Source: the human T2T-CHM13v2.0 reference genome, Homo sapiens | Reading direction: 5' to 3' (one strand) | Length of the DNA: 64,000 nucleotides | Assembly (NCBI RefSeq): GCF_009914755.1 | Contig: NC_060928.1 | Shown: positions 39,780-53,700 of the stretch, one piece after another | How the letters are laid out: each line of letters starts with the position of its first letter | How positions within the stretch are numbered: position 1 is the first letter of the stretch | Position numbers and translations under genes: made by a program | Notes under the pieces: model-generated | Told to the model about the DNA's origin: nothing | Seen by the model: only the letters and a program-made list of their open reading frames with translations | The model's database searches: none

Positions 39780-42120
39780 TTTTTTTTTTCAATTTCAACT
39801 TTTATTTTAGATACAGGAGGTACATGTGCAGATTTGTTACATGGAAATATTGTGTGATGCTGAGGTTGGAGTATGGATCTCATCACCCAGATAGTGAGCA
39901 TAGTATCTGATAGGTAGTTTTTTTAACCCATCCCACCTTCCTTCACCCTCTAGTAGCCCACAGTGTGTATTGTTCCCATATTTGTGTCCATGGGTGCTCA
40001 ATGTTTAGCTCCCACTTATAAGTGAGAACATGTGGTTTTCTGTTCCTATGTTAATTTGTTTAGGATTATGGCCTCCAGCTCTATCCATGTTGCTGCAAAG
40101 GATATGATTTCATTCATTTTTATGGCTTCATAGTATTCCATGGTGTATATGTGCCACATTTTCTTTATCTAATCTACCACTGATGGGCACCTGGATTGAT
40201 TCCATGTCTCTGCTATTGTGAGTAATACAGTGATGAACATACAAGTGCATGTGTTTTTGGGTAGAATGATTTATTTTTCTTTGGAGTATATACTTAGTAA
40301 TGGCAATGTGGGGTTGAACCATAGCTCTATTTTAAGCTCTTTGAGAAATCTCCAGACTGCTTTCCACAGCAGCTGGACTAATCTATGTTCCCACCAACAA
40401 TGGATAAGCATTATCTTTGCTCTGAAGCCTCACCAGCATCTGTTGTTTTTTGACTTTTTAATAGCAGTCATTCTAACTGGTGTAAGACGGTATCTCATTG
40501 TGTTTTTGATTTGCATTTCTCTGATGATTAGTGATGCTGAGCCTTTTTTCATACATTTCTTGACCACTTGTACGTCTTCTTTTGAGAAGTGTCTGTGTGA
40601 CTGTTCATGTCATTTGCCCATTTTTTAATGTGGTTGTTTTTAGCTTGTTCATTTGTGTAAGTTACCTATAGATTCTGTATATTAGGCCTTTATCGGATGC
40701 ATAGTTTGCAAATATTTTTTGCCATTCTGTAGGTTGTCTGTTTGCTCTGTTTATAGTTTCTTTTGCCGTGCAGAAGCTCTTTAGTTTAATTAGGTCCCAC
40801 TCATTTATTTTTGGTTTTACTGCAATTGTTTTTGGAGACTTAGCCAAAAATTCCTTGCCAAGACCAGTGTTGAGAAGAGTATTTTCTAGGTTTTTTTCCA
40901 GGATTTTTATAGTTTGAGATATTACATTTAAATTTTTAATCCATTTTGAGTTACACAAACCAATAAATGTGATTCACCGCATAAACAGAATCAAAAGCAA
41001 AAGCCATGTGATCATCTCAATAGACACAGAAAAATCTTTCCATAAAATCCAACATCCTTCTTGATAAAAACCCTCAACAGACTAAGCGTTGAAGAAACAT
41101 AACTCAAAATAATAAAAGCCCTCTATCACAAACCCACAGCCAAATTATACTGAATGGGCAAAATCTCTAATTCCAGAACCTTGAGAACTGGAACAAAACA
41201 AGAATGCCCATTCTTACCATTCCTATTCAACATAGTACTGGAAGTCTTAGCCAGACCAATGAGTCAAGAGAAAGAAATAAAAGACACCCAAATAGAAAAA
41301 GAAGTCAAACCATCTCTGCTGACAATATGATTCTATACCTAGAAAATTCTAAAGATGCTGCTAAAAGGCTCCCAGAATTGATAAACAACTTTGGCAAAGT
41401 TTCAGGATGCAAAAGGAATGTACAAAAATCAGTGGCATTTCTATACACCAACAACATCCAGACGGAGAGTGAAATTAAGAACACAATCCCACTTACGATA
41501 GCCACAAAGAAAATGAAATACCTAGAAATACAGCTAACCAAGGAGGTGAAACATCTTGAACATCTCTACAGGAGAACTATAAAACACTGTTTAAAAATAT
41601 CAGAGATTATGCAAATAAAAGAAAAAACATTCCATGTTCATAGATTGGAAGAATCAATATTATAAAATAGCATTGTGGGGTTAAATCATAGCTCTGTTTT
41701 AATTTCTTTGAGAAATTGCTTTGCCCGAAGCAATATACAGACCAAACTAATAATATCATTCTTCACAGAATGATAAAAACTATTCTAAAATTCCTATGAG
41801 CCCAAGAAAGAGTGAGCTCAAATAACCAAAGCAATCCTAAGCAAAAAGAACAAAGCTGGAGGCATCACACTACTGGACTTCAAAGTTTACTGTAAAGCCA
41901 CATAACCAAAATAGCATGGTACCGGTACAAAAACAGACACATAGATCAATGGAACAGAATAGAAAACTCAGAAATAAAGCCGTACACTTACAACTATCTG
42001 ATCTTCAACAAGGCTGACAAAAACAAGCAACGGGGAAAGGACTCCCTATTCAATAAACGGTGCTGGGATAACTGGCTAGCCATATGCAGAAGGTTGAAGC
42101 TGGACCTCTATCTGTCACCA
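39780..42120 (-). mobile_element. Older L1PA-type insertion with 5' inversion (twin priming)
   Basis: Minus-strand 3' part 39780-40953; plus-strand RT-region part 40954-42120 ending just upstream of where the minus part stops in L1 coordinates. Confidence 0.9.
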
Positions 42121-42360
42121 AAAAAATTTTAAACTCTGTTTTTTCAGCTGCCATGCTTTTTTCATTGGAGATTTAAATTTCACTATAGCTTTTGTTTTCC
42201 ATATACAAAAATATATTTTGGGGGCAAAGAATATATAATGCTGCAATCAAAACATGAAAACAGGCAGCCTAAATTTGGTATACTATCTCTGTAGCTTTTG
42301 ACACTGATATTGGCATTTCATAAGATACTTTTCTAGAGAATCGCTGGTTTGGAAACCTAC

Positions 42361-42438
42361 TTCAAATGATTGCAAAATGTCTAAAAGACAGGGACTGGTA
42401 TTTAAATGTTTGCATGGATGTTTCAGACTTTGCCATAC
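42361..42438 (-). ncRNA. Candidate 78-nt exon (open in phase 0: VWQSLKHPCKHLNTSPCLLDILQSFE)
   Basis: Acceptor catgcctttctctcag| and donor GAA|gtaggt. Confidence 0.33.
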
Positions 42439-42949
42439 CTGAGAGAAAGGCATGGTTTTGGAAAAGCGTGTTCACCTGTGTCAGTAATAACCAGATATAC
42501 ATAATGACTCACTCATTAGCAAATTGTTGGCTAACAATTGATATACATAATGATATACATTGATGTATATAATGACTCAATTATTAAGCAAATTGTTAGC
42601 TATTTATTTACAGGAATTTTCAGACAAAGAATCTTGTAGAATTGTCCAAGAGATTCCTCAAATAGGTATTATTTCCATATTTATTTACAAGATGGACTTA
42701 GTGACTTCCAATGAGAAGAGTATTTGTCTCTCTTAGCAACCATTCTGAGGTACCAAAATTAACTGTTGCAATCTGTTTACCGCTGTATAATAAATAAATT
42801 AAAGCAACAAAGGAAGGAAGTGTATTAAATATAGGGACCTTGATTGTCTGTACAAGTTTCCATATTACAATGATTCAAATTCTTAAGGTGGTGTGAAGTC
42901 TTGAAACCATAATCAGTCATTTCTCCATCGTTCATTTTAATAACCCATA

Positions 42950-43200
42950 ATACCTGATGTTTGTCTATTTATATACCACTCTATGCCAGTCATATTTCTA
43001 AGGGCTTTAACAAATAATAATTCATTTTATTAGTAGAACAGCCTTATGAAGAAAATTCTGTTTTTATTCCCATTTTACAGATGGAGGAACTGAGACACAA
43101 AAAGGTAAGTAACTTTCCTAAGGTACGCATCTATTAACGGCAGAGCCTGTTACTACTTAGGCCACACAACTGCAGGGTTTGTGCCCTGAGCCCTCTCCCA
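42950..43200 (-). mobile_element. MIR SINE
   Basis: CCCATTTTACAGATGGAGGAACTGAGACAC...AAGTAACTTTCCTAAGGT. Confidence 0.75.
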
Positions 43201-44682
43201 TGTTGCCTGTCTCTCAGGTTCTTTATCTTTCTTCTAAAACTCCTCCTTGCGTCTGAGAACATGAAATTCATTTATGAACAAGAGAGAATTTCTATGTCAG
43301 GGGAAGAAAGAAAATAGGATAGGTGGAAAGGGCACAAGATTAAAACTCTAGTAGAATCAGGCATACGAGCAAGGACTCTTCTTGTCACTGAATGTTAAGA
43401 ATGAAATTATCTTGGGACACATGTTTAATGAAACAATAAATATGTGCTATAACTTTACACCTAGAAGACATACAGAAATCAGCATGTAAGTATGATTTAG
43501 AGGAAGCTGTTGTCAAATATGGAACAGAGTGCTTGGGTAATAGCATGAGAATACAGAAAATTTGTAGACACTTATACCAGCATGCATATTGCCCTAAACT
43601 TGAGCTCAGAGATAACCACAAAATTAAGATGACAATACGAACTTGTATCTCAGGGATGTTGTCCATTGTAGCTAACAAAATGATTATAAGCAAGGAAAAA
43701 AGTTATCTAGTAAATTGAAAACTGTTTCCCCATAAAAATGGAATCTATAAACCAAACTAATGCTTTATCATTTTAGTGAGCACCTAAAGCAAATTTTTAA
43801 AATATATGATTGAAATTTTATTGGTTGTTTATTCTCTATACACAATTCAAATTATATAAAGAATATTTATAAATGGATTCAAGCTACACTGATGTAGCCA
43901 TATGTTCATTAACTGAGAAGAGTAATGTTTGTAATTATAGCAAGTAAAATTTTGAGCCCTAATCCAAAAAAAATTCTTGACGAAAACTATGACAGTCCAT
44001 GGCTGAGCCCTAAAAATCTGAAAAAGTTGGTGGATCTTCAAAAGTATCTAATTTGTTGCCAAGGAAAGGCATAGAAATTAGGCAAGGGAAGTTCTACTCT
44101 AAGTGTATTATATTATAATAGTTTAAAAACCTTGCACATTTGTCCGATAGAACATAATCAACTACTTTGGTGATTAATTAAACTTCAGACAGTCGAACAT
44201 GGCATTAAGTTGCTTTTATAAAAATGCAAGTTGATCAGCAGCATTTCAATAGGGAGGAGTATCTTCTACCACTGATTCCATCAAAGCTTTTTTAAGAAAC
44301 AGGACTATCTGATGTACTAACAGTTTAGTTAAAGTCTGAAACCAGTTAAGATAGGAGTATTTATTCTAGTATTCACTCATTAATACTTCATGAGTGAATA
44401 TTATTCTAAATTCCAAAACCTAGAATGGTTGATTTTGTAAAGTCTCTGGTAATTTAATTGGCAAGTTTCATAGAAATAGTTAAATAAACAGAAGTTGTTG
44501 TAGCAAAAGAAAACCCATTCTTCATACATTGTGGTGTTTTATTTTATAAGAATAACATATTTTACCTTTTTCTTACCTTTTATTGTTGGCTTAACCAAAA
44601 GAATAAGAATTTTCTATGGTGCATTTCAGATTTCTCCTAATCAAACTCTTATGCTTTAAGTGTTCTTTCATGCCCTTCAGAA

Positions 44683-45377
44683 AGGCTATTATTAAAAAGT
44701 CAAAAAATAACAGATGCTGGCAAGGTTGTGGAGGAAAGGGAACACTTTTACACTGTTGGCGGGAGTGTAAAATAAATCAACCATTGTGGAAAACAGTGTG
44801 GCAATTCCTCAAAGACCTAGAGGCAGAAATATCATTTGACCCAGTAGTCCCATTACTGGGTATATACCCAAAGGAATATGAGTCATTCTTTTACAAAGAT
44901 ACATGATATGTTCATTGCAGCACTATTCACAATAACGAAGGCATGGAATCAACCTAAATGCCCATCAATGATAGACTGGATAAAGAAAATGTGGTACATA
45001 TACATCACGAAATACTATGCAGTCATAAAAAGGAACAAGATCATGTCCTTTGCAGGAACATGGATGAAGCTGGAGGCCATTATCCTCAGCAAACTAACAC
45101 AGGAACAGGAAACTAAATACTGGGTGTTCTCATTTATAATTGGGAGCCAAATGATGAGAACACATGGACACATGGTCAGGGGAAACAACACACACTAGGG
45201 CCTGTCAGAGGGTAGATGGTGGGAGGAGGGAGAGCATCATGAAGAATAGCTAATGGATGCTGGGCTTGATACCTATGAATTGGGATGATCTGTGCAGCAA
45301 ATCACCATGGCACACATTTACCGGTGTAACGCATCCTGCATATGGACCCCTGAACTTAAAATAAAAGTTGAAAAAAA
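44683..45377 (+). mobile_element. 5'-truncated L1PA-type 3' end
   Basis: ORF2 C-terminus (CWQGCGGKGTLLHCW), 3'UTR, A tail; probable TSD AAGTGTTCTT. Confidence 0.93.
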
Positions 45378-46999
45378 GTGTTCTTCAACAAAAAAATTTA
45401 AAATCAGAAAGTTATGTAGTAGTTTTTGATGAATTTATTCATAAATAATTTATTATGTATATGATACACTAGATGCTATGGAGGATATGGAAAAGATAAA
45501 ACTCCTTGTTATATTTAATGAGAGACAAAAATCTAAACAAAAGCTAAATAATAATAACACAATATGAGTGTATATTAAACTACCATCAGACCAGACTAAG
45601 ATTCCAACTGTAGGTGATTTGCCCATGAATTAAAGTTTGAGAATTACTTTTCTAAGAAACTGAGACCTCAGGGTACTTTCAGATTACATCAGTTTATTAA
45701 TGCAGTTGTCTGATTGTTAAAACACCTAAAATAAGTAGGGACTTATTTGCCATTACTAGGTGTATTTTCCCAATGGTAGAATTTCTAATAAGCTGGATGG
45801 TAACAGGCCACAGTAGAATTCAATATTATCCACAAATAATTTTCATGCCAAGGACACATGAATAGTGTCAGATAAATGGTTCAACAAGGAATGTAGTAAA
45901 GAATGATGGCTGTATGAGCATAATATCAAAGAAAGCATCATAGTAGATATGTGTCTTAAAGACTGGTTTGGCAGAGAGGAAGAGAGGACATTCCAGGTGG
46001 GAAAGAATGTATGCAAAGCCTTGAAAATGGGACTGCCAAAAGATATAGGTGGCACTATGCCACAAATATGGGGGATGTGGGAGGAAGGGGCTCAGAAGTC
46101 AGAATTCTAGAGCACCAGCATGACATTTACAATGCATCCATACATATACACACACAATACACATGTGCATGTATACTGTCATTTATTTATATCTGCAATG
46201 AAGAAACTGAACTAAATCATGGATTTCCTAACACATTAGAAACACATAGGGTACTTGTTAAATTAGAGACTTCTAGGCCCTGCCTCCTAAATGATAATTG
46301 CTAGGAATGGGGATTGAGATCTTCAGTTTTAATTCCTTCTTGATTCTTTTGCTCCACCATATTTGGAAATTGTTTGAACTTAATAAACTCTTCCAGCTTT
46401 AATATTTTAAAATCTCTATGTTTAGAAAATAATAAGAAGAATTCTGGAGCTCAGAATTTTTCATAATTTTGATGGGATTAAAAAGGAAGGTTTAGGCAAG
46501 TTTCTAAAAAATAAAATTAAAGAGGTTATCTATATATTCTGGAAACCACAGAAAGCCAAGTCTGATAGTAATTCCATAATTTCTAATATACATTTTTGTA
46601 TAAATAGATAAAGTTGGGCTAACATAACTTTTTAAGATGGGGGTAAGAATATAATACAAAATTTTGTTGTTCATTTTGAATATTATTGAAAAGAATAAAT
46701 TAATATTATTTCTCTAAACTTTGCATTTATATATATATATATATAAATAAATAAATGATATTTTGTTACAAGCCACTTAAAAATTTTTATATTTTAGTAC
46801 ACTGGCTTGCAAGCATTTAATGAAGCCATTAGCCATGTATTTTCTACATAATATTGTGTATGTATATTTCTCAAAGACCTCTTAAGAGAAAACATGCATA
46901 ACAACTATATTGAGTGCTGCATAAGCCATATTTTTTCAGCCTAGACATGAATTTTGTCAGTGAAAATTTGATTTAATGAGTGCTGCTTTCTAATGACAT

Positions 47000-47350
47000 T
47001 CTCTGCTGGATGCCATGGAGATATGCAAATGAAGTTAAAGACATTGTCCTCATTCTCAGGGAATTTACAATATAATAGGGGAACAAAATGCAGATGAAAA
47101 GACATAACAACACATGCAAAGATGACATGAAAACAGGTACAAATTAATGTAATACAGCACATCAGTGCTAAGAGAAATGGAATAATGGAATGATCAGTGT
47201 GGAGTAGAGCTATTCAAGTGGACTTGATGAAGAAAATTTATTTAAATGGATGTTTAAGAGAGGCATAAATATGGGTCAAGAGGGAAATGGTGGAAAAGAT
47301 ATTCTATTCAGGGAGCATAGCAAGATTATAGAGAACAAAGGATTGAAAGA
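47000..47350 (-). mobile_element. L2 fragment
   Basis: AGACATTGTCCTCATTCTCAGGGAATTTACAAT...purine-rich L2-like body. Confidence 0.5.
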
Positions 47351-47414
47351 AAGAGCAAGTAATTTAACAATTGCTAAAAGTTATGAAACTTATGCCCAAA
47401 TAATAAGAATGAGA

Positions 47415-49640
47415 TACATCATCTCAATAGACACAGAAAAAGCTTGTAATAAAATCTAATGTCCTATCATGATAAAAACCCTCAATAAAATAGGCATTGA
47501 AGAACATACCTCAAAATAATAAGAGCCATCTATCACAAATCCAAAGCCAACATCATATTGAAAAGGCAAATACTGGAAACATTTCCCTTGAGAACTAGAA
47601 CCAGACAAGGATGGTAACTCTCAACACTTTTATTCAAAATAGTACTGGAAGTCCAACCCAGAGCAATCAGGAAAGAGAACGAAATGAAAGGCACTAAAAT
47701 AAGAAAAGAAGAAGTCAAGCTACCTCTCTTCACTCATATGATTCTATACCTAGAAAACCCTAAAGACTCTGCCAAAAGTTTCCTGGAACTGATAAACAAC
47801 TTCGGTAATTTTCAGGGTAAAAATCAATGTACAAAAATCAGTAGCATTTTTATATACTAATGTTCAAGTTGAAAGTCAAATCAAGAATGCAATGTCATTT
47901 ATAATAGCCACACAAGAGAATAAAATACCAAGGAATACATCTAACAAGAGAGATGAAAGATCTCTAACACTGCTGAAAGAAATTATAGTGACACCAACAA
48001 ATGGAAAACATTCCATGCTCATGGGTTGGAAGAATCAGTATAATTAAAATGCACATACTGCCCAAAGCAAGCTACAGATTTACTACTATGTAATTTTTCA
48101 CAGAATTAGAAAAAACTGTTTTAAAATTCATGTGGAACCGAAAAAGAGCCCAAATAGCCAAAGCAATCCTAAGCAAAAAGAACAAAGTTGTAGGCATTAA
48201 ATTACCTGACTTCAAACTATACTATAAGGCAACAGTAAACACAACAGTTTGGTATTGGTATAAAAACAGATACATAGACGAATGGAACAGAATAGAGAAC
48301 CCATAAATAAAGCTGCATACCTACAACCAACAAAATCAACAAAAGTAAGCCATTAGGAAAGGGCTCCCTATTCAATAAATGACAAGGAATAACTGACTAG
48401 CCATAAGCAGAAGAATGAAACTTGACCACTGCCTTCCACCACATACAAAAATTAACTCGAGATGGATTAAAGATTTGAATGTAAGACCTCATACTATAAC
48501 AATCTTAGAAGAAAATCTGGGAAACACCATTCTGGACATCAGCCTTGGGAAATAGTTTATGGCTAAGTCCTCAAAAGCAATTGCAACAAAAAGAAAAATT
48601 GACAAGTGGCACCTAATCAAACTAAAGAGCTACTGCACAGTAAAAGGAACTATTAACAGAGTAAACAGAAAACCTACAGAATGGGAGAAAATATTTGCAA
48701 ACTATGCACCTAAAAATAGTCTAATATTCAGAATCTATAAGAAACAATTCAATAAGCAAAAACAAATAACTCTGTTAACAAGGGCAAGGGCAAAGGGCGA
48801 AAAAAATTCTTTTGATTTCTCAAAAGAAGACATTCAAGCAGCCAAAAAACATATGAAAAAATGTTCAACATTGCTAATCATCAGAGAAATGCAAATCAAA
48901 ACCACAGTGAGATACTATCTCACACCAATCACAATGGCTATTATTAAAAAGCCAAATAACAGATGCTGGCAAGGCTGCAGAAACAAGAGAATGCTTATAC
49001 ACTGTTGATGGGAATGTAAATTAGTTCAGCCACTATGGAAAGCCGTCTGGAGAGTTCTCAAAGAACTTAAAACAGAACCATCGTTCAACCCAACAATCCC
49101 ATTACTGGGTATCTACCTAAAGTAAAATAAATTGTTCTACCAAAAAGACACACACACTTACATGTTCATGGCAGCACTATTCACAATAGCAAAGACATGG
49201 AATCAACCTACATGCTCATGAATGGTGGATGGGATAAAGAAAATGTGATATATATACACACCATGGAATACTACAGAGCCATAAAAAAGTATAAAATCAA
49301 GTTCTTTGCACAGCATAGATGGAGCTAGAGGTCATTATCCTAAGTGAATTAACACAGGCACAGAAAATCAAATACCACATGTTCTCACTTATAAGTGGTA
49401 GCCAAACATTGGGTACTCATAGACATCAAGATGGCGACAATAGACACTGAACTCCTAGAAAGGAGGAGGGAGGAAAGGGAACAATGGTTGAAAGACTAAC
49501 TACTGGGTACTATGTCCACTAACTAAGTGACAGGATCAATAGTTCCCCAAACCTTAGCATCATGCAATATACCCATGTAACAAGCCTGCATATGTACTCC
49601 ATTAATCTAAATTTAAAATTATAAATAAAATAAAACAATT
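47415..49640 (+). mobile_element. 5'-truncated older L1 (L1PA13-16/L1PB-like), ~2.2 kb
   Basis: CATCTCAATAGACACAGAAAAAGC start, ORF2 remnant 48559-49008, 3'UTR and A-rich tail. Confidence 0.92.
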
Positions 49641-49727
49641 ACGTTAAAATTTCAAAAAAAAATCAGATACATAACTCCCTTTGATTCTGTTTAGAGTGAA
49701 CCTTTATTCATTAAAACATTTATTTAC

Positions 49728-50035
<308 letters not shown>

Positions 50036-50230
50036 TATTTATTTACTACTTTACATGGAATAAGGAGACAAGTTACCAAGAACTTTATGAACTTCAGTTG
50101 TTGTTTCAACATTCAATGAAAACCAGTGGCTAAGTGATAGTGAAATATTGATAAAGTTTTAGAAAAAAACAAAAAATAGTGTTTGACCTAAGATGAATAT
50201 TTTTAAAAGTTTGAAGTCTACCTAAGATAT

Positions 50231-50586
50231 TGCTATGGTTTGAGTGTGTCTTCAAAAAAAACATGTGTTGGAAACGTAATCTCCATTGCAACAGTATTGG
50301 GAGGTGGGGCCTAATGGGAGATGTCTAGGTCATGAGAGAACCCCCTTCATGAATAAATTAATGTCAATTATGAAAGGTCTCAAGAGTGCGTTTATTCTCT
50401 TGCTCCCTCTTGCCCTCTCCTTGCCTTTGTGCCATGGAGTGACACAGCAAGAAAGCCCTCACAAGATGCCATCCCCCTGATCATGGGCTTCCCAGCCTCC
50501 AGAACTAAGAACCAATATATTTTTGTTCACTATAAATTACCCAGTCTCAGATATTCTGTTATAGTAGCACAAAATGGGCTAAAACA
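50231..50586 (+). mobile_element. MSTB/MSTC-like MaLR solo LTR
   Basis: TGCTATGGTTTGAGTGTGTC...CACAAAATGGGCTAAAACA; TSD GATAT/GACAT. Confidence 0.85.
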
Positions 50587-50789
50587 GACATTTTAAAATA
50601 TGGTTCCATTGCTCTTGCAATAACTTTTGAATGGATAGGCAATAATTTTAAGCTTCAAAGATTACTTCAAAAGAATTTTTGGAAACTAAATACAAAATAT
50701 TGGTCTATCCATGTCTATTATTAACTTTATTTTATTACAGAAGTCCACATTCATAGTTTAAAAATGAAACTGTATTGGAGTTATTAAGG

Positions 50790-53700
50790 AGTGACATCAG
50801 CAACATGGTGGAGTAGGAACCCTGAACTCTCCTTCTCCAAATACACCAATTGAGCAACAATTCATGGACAAATTTCCTATGTGAGAAATAAATAACTAAT
50901 TTAAAGGTTTTTGTACCCCAGGAGAATGTAAAACCAGATTTGCCAAAACCAGTAGGGAGATCCAGGACACCCTCTCACTACAGAACCTGCCCCCAATCCA
51001 GCACCTTTCAATTCGGAAGAGACTCTCAGCTCCCAGTTTCACCTAGGGAAGGGAAGGGACTGGTTCACTTCAGAGCAATCAAATATATAAATCAAACATT
51101 GACAGAATTGAAGGTAGAAATAGACAGCAATAAAATAACAGTAGGAGATTTCAATATCCCACTTTCAATAATGGACACAACATCCAGTTAGAAGATCAAT
51201 AAGAAAACAGAGGTCTCGAATAACACCATAGACCAAATGGACACAGCAGACCTATACAGAACATTTCACTCAACAGCAGCACAATACACATTCTTTTCAA
51301 GCACACATAAATTTATTTCCCAGGTGGATTACATGTTAGTTCACAAAACAAGACTTCAAAATTTTAAAAAGATTGAAATTATACCCAGTATCTTTTCTGA
51401 CCACAATGAAATAAAACTAGAAGTCAATAACGCGAGGAAAACTGAAAAATTCACAAATATGTGGAGATTAACAACACACTCATGAATGACCACTGAGTCA
51501 AAAAGGAAATCAAAAAGAAAATTTGAACATACTTCAAGACAAATGAAAACAAAACACAGCATACCAAAACTTATGGGATGCAATATCAGTGCTAAGAAGG
51601 AAGTTCATAGTTACAAATGCCTGCATTTTTAAAAAAGAAAGATCTCAAATATGTAACCTAACTTTACACCTTAAGGAACTAGAGAAAGAACAAACTAAGT
51701 CAAAAGTTAACAAAAGGAAGGAAATAACAAAAATTGGAGTAGAGAAAACAGAAATAGAAAACAGAAAAAAAAGCAATGAAACTAAGACTTGGTTTTTTGA
51801 AGAGAGAAAATTAATAACCCGTTATCTAAACTAAGAAAAAAAAGAGAGGACTCTTAAATAAAATCATCAATGAAAGAAGAAACATTACAATTAATACCAT
51901 AGATATAAATGAACCATAAGATACTATTCTGAAGAATTACATGCCAGTGCACCAGAAAGCCTAAAAGAAATGAATAAATTTCTAGAAACATACAACCTAC
52001 CAAGACTAAATCATAAAGAAACAAAATCTGAGCAGACCTATAACTAGTATGGAGATTGAATCGATAATCCTCCCAATCAAAAAAACAAAAGCCCAAGACC
52101 TGACGGATTCATTGGTGAATTCTACCAATCATTTAAAGAATTAGCACAAATATTTCTTAAGCTCTTCTTAAAAATTGAAGACGAGGGAACGCTTCCAAAC
52201 TAATTTTATGAAACCAGCATTGCCCTGACACCAAAGCCCAACAAAGACACCATAAGAAAACTGCAGACCAATATCCCTGATGAATATAGATGCAAAAAAC
52301 CTTTAAAAACTACTAGCAAATGGAATCCAAGAGCACATTAAAAGGATCACACACCATGATCAATTGAGACTTATCTCTGGGTTGCAAGGGAGATTCAACA
52401 TATGAAAATCAATTAATGCGTTACACAACATTAACAGAAAAAAAGATGAATATCGCAATTGTCTTAATAGATGCAGAAAAAGCATTAGACAAAATTAAGT
52501 ACACTTAATGATAAAAACTCTTAATAAACTAAGAATAGAAGGAAATTACCTCAACATAATAAAGGCCATACATGACAAGCCCACATTATACTTAATGACA
52601 AGCTAACATTATACTTAATGGTAAAAAACAAAGAGCATTTTCTCTAAGATCAGAAATAAAGCAAAGGTGTCCACTTTTCCCATTTCTTTTTGATATAGTA
52701 CTAGAAGTCCTAGCCAGAACAATTAGGCAAGAAAAAGGAATAAAAGACATCAAAATCTGAAATAAAGAAGTAAAATTATCCCTGTTTGTAGATTACATGA
52801 TTCTATATGTAGAAAATCCTAAGGACTCCATAAAAATTCTTAGAACTAATAAATGAATTCAGTAAAGTTGTAGGATACAAAATGGACATACAAAAATGAG
52901 TTGCATTTCTACACACTAGCAACAAAATTTCTGAAAACAAAACTAGGAAAAATTACATTTACAATAGCATCAAAATAATAAAATATCTAGGAATAAACTT
53001 AACTAAGGAGATAAAAGACATGTGTGCTGCAACCTACATTAATGAAAGAAATTAAACAAAATGTAACCAAATGGAAAGACAGGTCATGATTATGTATTGG
53101 AAAACTTAATATTGTTAAAATGTCCATTCTTCCCAGAGTTATCTACAGATTTTGTGCAAGATCATTATCAAAATTCCAATGACTTTTTACAGAAATGGAA
53201 AAAACAATTCAAAATTTATATGGAACCCACACAAAAAAAAAGATCACGAATGGCTAGATAAATCTTGAGAAAGAACAAAGCTTGAGGCATCACTTTCTGA
53301 TTTCAAAATATGTTACAAAACTACAATAATCAGAACAGTATAATATTGGCAAAAAGACTGAAGTATAGACCAATGGAACCGAATGGAGAACCTAGAATTA
53401 AATCCATACATGTATGCAACTGATCTTCAACAATGATGCCAAGAATGAACAATGGGGGAAAGAATCATCTTGTCAACAAGTGGTGTTGGGAAAACCAGAT
53501 AGCCACATGGAAAAGAATGAAATTGGATTCTTACACCATACCAAAAAAATTAACTCAAAATGGACTGAAAAACTTAAGACTGAAAACTTAAGAAAATGTA
53601 GCAGAATACCTTCATGAAAAAAAATACAAAAAAATTAATTCACAATGGATTAAAGACTTTAACAAAGGACTGAAAACTTGAGAAAATGTAGCAGAACACC

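Noticed and set aside
39111-42438. A longer continuous ORF using a U12-like donor (AA|gtatct at 42328) spliced to an acceptor at 39187
   Set aside because: The 77-nt segment 39187-39111 has stops in all three frames, and the donor and branch site deviate from GTATCCTT and TCCTTAAC.
43081-43105. Plus-strand ag|...|gtaagt mini-exon
   Set aside because: Lies within a MIR core where such motifs are common; no supporting context.
44577-44636. Minus-strand exon candidate with a strong AAG|gtaaga donor
   Set aside because: Poor acceptor and stops in all frames; too weak to list.
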